Below, piece by piece: positions 1 through 6,001 of a stretch of DNA of 26,716 nucleotides (within the stretch, counting starts at the first letter, position 1; each line of letters opens with the position of its first letter). A program made the translations under genes and the position numbers. The DNA comes from Candidatus Eiseniibacteriota bacterium (GTDB lineage Bacteria; Eisenbacteria; RBG-16-71-46), in the NCBI GenBank assembly GCA_044222065.1, contig JBGAOA010000059.1, forward strand, positions 1 to 26,716, written 5' to 3'. The notes beneath the pieces were generated by a model that was not told the DNA's origin, made no database searches, and was given only the letters and a program-made list of their open reading frames with translations.

Positions 1-41
1 CCCCGGCGCTCGCCTCCGAGCGCCTCCGCTCCGGAGGTCCC

Positions 42-752
42 GTTACCACGACCCGTTCCCTCGCACAGCGCGCCGGACTCCTCTACCTGCTGCTCGGCGT
101 CTCCGCGCCGCTCGGCCTGATGGTCGTCCCCTCGAAGGTCATCGTGCGCGGCGACGCCGCCGCGACGGCGGAGCGGCTGCGCACGCTCGAGACCTGGCTG
201 CGGGCGGGAATCGCCTCCGAGCTCTTCCACCAGGCGGTGTGCGTGTTCCTCGTGCTCGCGCTCTACCGGCTGTTCAAGCCCGTGAACGCGGGGCTCGCGC
301 GCCAGCTCGTCGCGCTCGGCGCGTTCGTCTCGGTCCCGATCGTGTTCGTGAACGTGCTGAACGAACTCGCGGCGCTGATGCTGGCGAAGGGCGCTCCGTT
401 CCTCGCCGCGGTCGAGCCCGCGCAGCGCGATGCGTTCGCCTACCTCTTCCTGCGCTTGCACGGACTCGGCATCGACGTCGCGTCGGTGTTCTGGGGACTG
501 TGGCTCTTCCCGTTCGGGCTGCTCGCCCTCCGCTCCGGGTTCATCCCGCGCGTCTTCGGGTGGCTGCTCCTCGTGGCGGGCGCCGGATACGTGGCCGCGG
601 CGATCGGAAACCTCGTCGCGCCGACTGCGGCGCCGATCCTCGGACCCGTGGCCGAGATCCTCGAGTTCGCGGAGGTCCCGATCATCTTCTGGCTCGCGAT
701 CTGGGGCGCCCGCGGTCCCTCGGCCGACGCGGCTTCCGAAGCCGGCGCGTAA
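42..752 (+). CDS. DUF4386-like multi-pass membrane protein (start uncertain; first in-frame ATG is at 120)
   Basis: Hydrophobic ORF with family-like motifs (IVRGDAAATA, LALYRLFKPVN, FWGLWLFPFGLL..RSGFIPRVFG..L..AG.GY). The frame is open upstream of ATG120 and encodes RAGLLYLLLG, the usual first helix of the family. GGAGG lies at 33-37. Confidence 0.75.
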   Translation, partial: VTTTRSLAQRAGLLYLLLGVSAPLGLMVVPSKVIVRGDAAATAERLRTLETWLRAGIASELFHQAVCVFLVLALYRLFKPVNAGLARQLVALGAFVSVPIVFVNVLNELAALMLAKGAPFLAAVEPAQRDAFAYLFLRLHGLGIDVASVFWGLWLFPFGLLALRSGFIPRVFGWLLLVAGAGYVAAAIGNLVAPTAAPILGPVAEILEFAEVPIIFWLAIWGARGPSADAASEAGA

Positions 753-806
753 CCCTCGCGCGGGCGACCGGACAATATCCGGGCCCTTCGTCCGTCTGCA
801 CCGGGG

Positions 807-1400
807 ATGGACGGCGCGGGAGCGAACACCATGGCACGCGGAGCGGACGACGGGATCGAGGGCATCGTGGAGCGGGAGAGTTCCCGGCTCCGTGGCTTCA
901 TCCGGCGCCGCGTGCCCGACTCGCTCGACGCCGAGGACATCCTTCAGGATGTGCTGTTCGAGCTCGCCGAGGCGAACCGCCTGCTGATGCCGATCGAGCA
1001 CGTCACGTCGTGGCTCTTCCGCGTGGCGCGCAACCGCATCACGGACCTCTTCCGCAGGAAGCGGCCCGAGCGGCTCGGCGACGCGGCGGCGGTCCACGAG
1101 GACGGCGAATCGCTCGGCCTCGAGGACCTGCTGCCGTCGCAGGCGCCGGGACCCGAGAGCGACTTCGAACGCGGCGAGCTGCTCGATGCGCTCGAAGAGG
1201 CGATCGACGCGCTGCCCGAGGAGCAGAGGGCGGTGTTCGTCGCGCACGAGATCGAAGGGCGCAGCTTCCGGGAGCTGTCCGAGACCACCGGAGTGAACGT
1301 GAACACGTTGCTCTCGCGAAAACGCTACGCCGTGCTCCGATTGCGGGACGCGCTCGGCGAGCGGTACGGCGAAGGCACGAAAGGGAGGAGGACACGATGA
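807..1400 (+). CDS. ECF-type RNA polymerase sigma-70 factor
   Basis: Region 2 (RLRGFIRRRV..DAEDILQDV..SWLFRVARNRITDLFR) and region 4 (ALPEEQRAVFVAHEIEGRSFRELSETTGVNVNTLLSRKRYA). Alternative start is ATG 831. Confidence 0.93.
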   Translation: MDGAGANTMARGADDGIEGIVERESSRLRGFIRRRVPDSLDAEDILQDVLFELAEANRLLMPIEHVTSWLFRVARNRITDLFRRKRPERLGDAAAVHEDGESLGLEDLLPSQAPGPESDFERGELLDALEEAIDALPEEQRAVFVAHEIEGRSFRELSETTGVNVNTLLSRKRYAVLRLRDALGERYGEGTKGRRTR

Positions 1401-1720
1401 GGACTCGACTGCTGTGGATCGCGCCGCTCGCGATCGCCGGAATGGCGGCGTTCGTGGCGCTCGGCGGCTACGCCGTGATGTGGCTGTGGAACTGGCTCCT
1501 GCCGCCGCTCTTCGGCTGGCACACGGTCACGTTCTGGCAAGCGCTCGCGCTGCTCGCGTTGTGCCGGATCCTGTTCGGCGGGCTCGGCGGACACGGCGGC
1601 CCCCGGAGCCGAATTCGCGAACGCGTGCGCGAACGCTTTGGGGAACGCTGGCACGCGGACCGGGGCTCCGCGCCCCGGGGGCCCGGCAACGCGCCGCCGG
1701 AGTCCGGCGCGCCGGCCTGA
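1397..1720 (+). CDS. Small membrane protein (107 aa) translationally coupled to the ECF sigma gene
   Basis: ATGA overlap with the sigma stop (1397-1400) and SD GGAGGAGG upstream. Hydrophobic core VMWLWNWLLPPLFGWHTVTFWQALALLALCRILFGG followed by an Arg-rich tail. Confidence 0.85.
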   Translation: MRTRLLWIAPLAIAGMAAFVALGGYAVMWLWNWLLPPLFGWHTVTFWQALALLALCRILFGGLGGHGGPRSRIRERVRERFGERWHADRGSAPRGPGNAPPESGAPA

Positions 1721-1732
1721 GCGGCCCACGGA

Positions 1733-1762
1733 CGGCCGAAGGCCCCGCGCGGGCCTCGGCCG
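1733..1762 (+). terminator. GC-rich stem-loop after the sigma/membrane-protein pair
   Basis: CGGCCGA(A)GGCCC-cgcgc-GGGCCTCGGCCG, a 12-bp stem with one bulge and no U-tract. Confidence 0.5.
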
Positions 1763-1838
1763 CGTCGTGTGATTCCGCGCCCGCCGTTCCGGTCTCACGA
1801 CCGAGAACCGACTCGGGAGTGAATCCGGAGGACCTGTC

Positions 1839-2885
1839 ATGAACGTGAACGGGCTGCGGCGGGTGTGGGCGAGTGCGATCGTGATCGGGATGTTCGTCGT
1901 GTTGCCCGCGCCTTCCGCGCGCGCGAGCCTGATCGCCTACTGGCCCTTCGACGGCTGCACGACCACCGACGCGAGCGGTCACGCCTACCACCTCAGCGGG
2001 AACGGCTCCCCGACGTGCGTCGCGGGGCGCTTCGGGACGGCCTGGCAGCTGAACGGACAGGATCAGTGGCTGGACGTGGCCAACGGGGCGCCCTTCACTC
2101 CGGGTTCGCAACCCTGGACGGTCGCCTTGTGGGTTCGATCCCAGGACACCGTTCGGCCCTCGAGCCTGCTCACCTGGTACCGCTGCGGCGCGAACCCGCT
2201 TTGCTCCGGTCCGGACGCCGCCGCCTACTTCCTCTCGATGCGCGACGGGCGTGGCAATTGGTGGATCCGCGACGACCTCGCGACGACGCTCGAGTGCACG
2301 GACACGCTCGAGACCATCGCCGACGGGAACTGGCACTTCCTCGCCGCCACGTTCAGCGCGGCGACCGACTCGAGCAAGCTCTACGTGGACGCGCGCCTCG
2401 TCGCGACGGCGACCGGAGCGCTCGGCACGCTCTTCGCCTCCGGGACTCCGCTCGACATCGGCCGGACGTTCCGCACGGGCTGGGGCGTGCCCGGCGAATA
2501 CCTGAACGGCGCCGTGGACGAAGTACGCATCTACGACGAGGAACTGCCCGCGGCGCAGATCGCGGGGTTGTTCGTCGCCAATTCGACCGTGGACGTGGGG
2601 GACGGCTCGAGCCTGCCGTCTCGGGTCACGCTCCGCGCCTGGCCCAATCCCGCGCGCGGAGGACGCGTCACGGTGTCGTTCCGGCTCGCGTCGGACGAGC
2701 CCGCCGAACTCGCGCTCTACGACGTCGCGGGCCGGCTCGTGCTGCGTGAGCGACCCGCGACGCACCGGGCCGGCGATCACGATGTCGTGCTCGGAAGCGA
2801 GCGCCCGCTGCGGGCGGGGGTCTATCGTCTGCGGCTCACGCAGGGGGCGCACGCCTCTTCGCGCCCGCTCATCGTGCTCGACTAG
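1839..2885 (+). CDS. Secreted LamG-like jellyroll (concanavalin A-like) protein with a C-terminal T9SS-A/FlgD-like domain
   Basis: Signal peptide ending SARA-S. LamG_3-type motifs (LIAYWPFDG...DASG, DGNWHFLAATF, KLYVD, LNGAVDEVRIYDEEL). C-terminal WPNPARG...LALYDVAGRLV...LRAGVYRLRL...RPLIVLD. SD GGAGG upstream. Confidence 0.88.
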   Translation: MNVNGLRRVWASAIVIGMFVVLPAPSARASLIAYWPFDGCTTTDASGHAYHLSGNGSPTCVAGRFGTAWQLNGQDQWLDVANGAPFTPGSQPWTVALWVRSQDTVRPSSLLTWYRCGANPLCSGPDAAAYFLSMRDGRGNWWIRDDLATTLECTDTLETIADGNWHFLAATFSAATDSSKLYVDARLVATATGALGTLFASGTPLDIGRTFRTGWGVPGEYLNGAVDEVRIYDEELPAAQIAGLFVANSTVDVGDGSSLPSRVTLRAWPNPARGGRVTVSFRLASDEPAELALYDVAGRLVLRERPATHRAGDHDVVLGSERPLRAGVYRLRLTQGAHASSRPLIVLD

Positions 2886-3020
2886 CGCGGGCCCGGCGGC
2901 CTTCAGGGTGTGCGCTTTCGGGCGCTCGCCCGGTTGACCGTGCGGGAAAGCGCCGGTCGCGGCCCGGCGAACGCGGAGACTCCGCTTCGCGCCGGAGCGC
3001 GGCGCCCCGCGGAGCCTCGC

Positions 3021-4148
3021 ATGTCGCCACGCGTCGCCGTCGCCGCACTGATCGCGCTCGCCGCCGCGGCCCCTTCGGGCGCGCAGACCTTCTCGGGCAA
3101 CGCCACCGCGCTCGCCGAGGGCGCGACGACGCAGTACGTGACGCTCGGCGGCCTCGAGAGCACGACGGGACCGCTGTCGGCGAACGGCACGTGCTCGAAC
3201 GGCTCGGCGCAGTCGTGGCTGAGCGCGAGCAGCGGAGCCCTCGCGCTGCGCGCCGCCTGCGACGGATCGCCGTCGCCGAACTGCGTTCCGAACTCGTACG
3301 GGAACGGGAACTCCGCGTACTCGGGCAGCTTCGTCGTTCAGTCGGCCACGCTGCCGGCCGGCACCCTCGTGGACGTGTCGTTGTGCGTGAAGGCCGCGAT
3401 CCGGCACGGCATTCGATTCGGCTGCGGCGGCAGCGTCTTCGAAGGCGTGACGAGCGTCGCATCGGCCGAGATCTCGATCGTGCAGGGCACGTCGCCCGCC
3501 CTCGTCGCGCGCGGCGGGTACAGCGAGCGCTGGAACTGCTTCGACGGGCACTCGGTCACCGAGACCGGATTGTTCGCCGCCGGCGCCGGCGAGACGACGC
3601 TGACGGCCGCTCAGGTTCCGGTCGGAAGCGTGATGACCGTGTCGGCATCGCTCACGTGCGCCACGAGCGAGCAGTCTTTCTTCGGCCAGGATGCGGGCCG
3701 CATCGAGATGGCGGTCGTGTTCGGCTACTCGGCGAGCGGCGATGTGCGCCTCGTGTCGCTCGGCAGCGGCACCGAGCTGAGCCCGCTCTCGAATTGCTCG
3801 CTCGCGAACCTCGATCACTGGCTGCCGCCGGCGACCGGGACCGTGTCGGTCGAATCCGCGATCGACGGGCCGCGAGCGGTGCTGCTGCCTCCGACGCCTC
3901 AGCCCGCGCGCGGCGCCACGCGGCTGGCGTTTTCGATCCCGCGCGACGGCCCGGTGGAGCTGACGGTGTGCGACGTCGGGGGCGCCTGCGTCGCGCGCGT
4001 CACGAGCGGCTGGCGCCGCGCCGGCCGGCACGAACTCACGTGGGAGCCGCGCGATCGTCGGGACCGGGCGCTCGCGCCCGGGCACTACTGGCTTCGGCTC
4101 GTGACGCCCGAGGGACGGACCACGCGGAGCCTGCTCGTCGTGCGCTGA
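3021..4148 (+). CDS. Secreted Cys-containing protein of unknown function with a C-terminal FlgD-Ig-like domain (375 aa)
   Basis: ATG 3021 with GGAG at 3011-3014. Signal peptide MSPRVAVAALIALAAAAPSGA-Q. C-terminal PQPARG..RLAFSIP...VCDVGG...WEPRDRRDRALAPGHYWLRL...TRSLLVVR. Confidence 0.82.
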   Translation: MSPRVAVAALIALAAAAPSGAQTFSGNATALAEGATTQYVTLGGLESTTGPLSANGTCSNGSAQSWLSASSGALALRAACDGSPSPNCVPNSYGNGNSAYSGSFVVQSATLPAGTLVDVSLCVKAAIRHGIRFGCGGSVFEGVTSVASAEISIVQGTSPALVARGGYSERWNCFDGHSVTETGLFAAGAGETTLTAAQVPVGSVMTVSASLTCATSEQSFFGQDAGRIEMAVVFGYSASGDVRLVSLGSGTELSPLSNCSLANLDHWLPPATGTVSVESAIDGPRAVLLPPTPQPARGATRLAFSIPRDGPVELTVCDVGGACVARVTSGWRRAGRHELTWEPRDRRDRALAPGHYWLRLVTPEGRTTRSLLVVR

Positions 4149-4203
4149 TCCGTGCCGCCGGCCGCGGCCCGACACGCGGTGACGCTCGCCGTTGGCCCTT
4201 CGC

Positions 4204-5964
4204 TTACGAGGACGCGATCGGATCGGGGAGCGGCGCGCCGGGAGTCCACGCCGAATCCGAGAGCCGATCGAGCAGCGCCGTGACGTCCTGCCGCTGCGCG
4301 TGCGTCGTGAGCAGCAGGAGATCGCCGGCCCGCGACCACGCGAGCGCGGCGCGCACGGCGTCGAGTTCCGAATCCCAGCGGCTGAGCGCACTCGCGTCGA
4401 GTCCGCAGCGGCGCAACTCCGCTTCGATGAGCGCCGGAACGACGCCCGGCTCGCGTCCCCGCAGGTAGGGCGTGAGTTCCTTCACGAAGACGTGATCGGG
4501 TCGCATCGCGCCCGCGGTCCGCGCGAACTCGCGGATCGCGTCGTCGTCGCGGTCGCCCGCCTGTCCTATCACGAGCGCGCGACGCTCGGCGGGCAGTCCG
4601 GCGGCGAGCGCCGCGAGCGCCGTCAGGCCGTGCGGATTGTGCGCGAAGTCCACGATCGCCGTGACGCCCCCGAGGCGCCAGACGTTCGCCCGTCCGGGGT
4701 TCGTCCGCGGCCCGCCGTCGAACGCGCGCAGCCCGGCTCGGATCGCGGCGTCGGACAGCCCGAGGGCGCACGCCACGCCGATCGCGGCGAGCGCGTTCGC
4801 GACGTTGTGCGTCGCGGCGCCGCCGAACGCGATCGGCACGTCCGCGACCGGGACGATCGCGCGGCGCGCGGCGCCGTCGTACACGCACAGCACGCCCTCC
4901 TCGCACAGGCACACGTGATCGTCGGGGCGCGGCCGGGCCGCGATCACCGGGTGGCGCGGATCGAGCGTGAACCACGTCACGCGCGCATCGAGGCGTTCCC
5001 CGCGCGCGAGCAGGCGCGGGTCGTCGGCGTTCAGCACGACGCGCCCCTCGGCGTCCACCGCCTTCGCCACGACGAGCTTCACGTCGGCGAGCGTCTCGAG
5101 ATCGAAGACGCCGAATTCGCCGAGGTGATCGTTCGCGACGTTCGTGACGAGCGCCGCGCGCGTGCGCGGAATCGCGAGTCCGCGCCGCAGGATGCCCCCG
5201 CGCGCGACCTCGAGCAGCGCGATCTCGACGCGGCGGTCGCGCAGGGCCGTCCGAGCGCCGTTCGGTCCCGAGTAGTCGCCTTCGGCCACGACCTCGTCGC
5301 CGACCATCACGTGGTCCGTCGTCGTCGTGCCCGCGGTCTTCTCGGCCGCGCGCGCGATCGCCGCGAGCAGCCGGATCGTCGTCGTCTTGCCGTTCGTGCC
5401 GGTGACGAGGGCGGTCGGCACGTCGGCGACCGCGTCCCACGGGATGCGATCCATCACGTCCGCCGTCTCCTCGATTGGCCACGCACGCGAACCGCGGCCG
5501 AATCCGACCGAGACGCGCTTGTCGTCGACGAGCACCGTGACGCCGCGCTCGCGGGCGCTGCGGGCGAGCGGCGCGAACCACGGCTTCGTTTCGCGCGCGA
5601 TCGATTCGTGCAGCGCGGCGAGCACTTCCGGCGGCACCGAACCCGAGCCTTCGACCTCGAGTCCGCGGCAGGCCGCGGCCCACGCCGCTTCGTTGACCTC
5701 GGTCGCGGCGTAGAGCACGTCCGGCGGCGCGGCGAACGCGAGGCTGAGCCCGCCGGCGTGAGCCCGCGACGCCACGTCGTCGGTGTCCCATCCGAGCGCC
5801 GCGAGCGCCGTCCGGAGCGCGGAGCGCCACGCGACGACGGCGCGGTCGCGCTCGTCGGGCGCGAGCTCGACGTCGAGAATCGCGCCCGGGCGGTCGAGCA
5901 GCAGACTCGGGCCCGTGAGCCGGCGCGAGTCCACGACGCGCGCGATCACGGCCACGGAACGCAT
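4204..5964 (-). CDS. Cyanophycin-synthetase paralogue: N-like domain plus Mur-ligase domain, lacking the ATP-grasp domain
   Basis: N-terminal VVDSRRLTGPSL parallels LLDSSVYLGPSI of the adjacent CphA1. Mur motifs VTGTNGKTTT, LEVARGGILRRGL, NVANDHLG, LNADDP, PGRAN, DFAHNP and GDRDDD align one-to-one with the CphA1 M domain. No ATP-grasp segment. Confidence 0.88.
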   Translation of the reverse strand: MRSVAVIARVVDSRRLTGPSLLLDRPGAILDVELAPDERDRAVVAWRSALRTALAALGWDTDDVASRAHAGGLSLAFAAPPDVLYAATEVNEAAWAAACRGLEVEGSGSVPPEVLAALHESIARETKPWFAPLARSARERGVTVLVDDKRVSVGFGRGSRAWPIEETADVMDRIPWDAVADVPTALVTGTNGKTTTIRLLAAIARAAEKTAGTTTTDHVMVGDEVVAEGDYSGPNGARTALRDRRVEIALLEVARGGILRRGLAIPRTRAALVTNVANDHLGEFGVFDLETLADVKLVVAKAVDAEGRVVLNADDPRLLARGERLDARVTWFTLDPRHPVIAARPRPDDHVCLCEEGVLCVYDGAARRAIVPVADVPIAFGGAATHNVANALAAIGVACALGLSDAAIRAGLRAFDGGPRTNPGRANVWRLGGVTAIVDFAHNPHGLTALAALAAGLPAERRALVIGQAGDRDDDAIREFARTAGAMRPDHVFVKELTPYLRGREPGVVPALIEAELRRCGLDASALSRWDSELDAVRAALAWSRAGDLLLLTTHAQRQDVTALLDRLSDSAWTPGAPLPDPIASS

Positions 5965-6001
5965 CCGGAGCAGCGGGGAAGTGCATGCGTCGGGCCGCGC
6001 A

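Noticed and set aside
239..1396. Upstream parts of ORF-track calls 239-1720, 2910-4148, 13664-15817, 14421-15200, 15651-16784, 18368-21409 and 20821-22683
   Set aside because: These are over-extended starts. SD sequences, ATGA overlaps and signal peptides support later starts at 1397, 3021, 15197, 14601, 15984, 18647 and 21559.
1527..4391. 954-aa minus-strand ORF, and similar long ORFs such as 4192-6537, 5783-7609, 9332-11833, 19016-21151 and 22500-24527
   Set aside because: Arg/Ala/Gly-rich shadow frames that overlap well-supported genes. They are expected in high-GC DNA and contain no recognisable motifs.
4204..5964. Annotation as a peptidoglycan Mur ligase (MurE/MurF) or as CphA2
   Set aside because: The motifs and N-terminus track the adjacent CphA1, and there is no dcw cluster context. 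CphA2 would retain the ATP-grasp domain, which is missing here.
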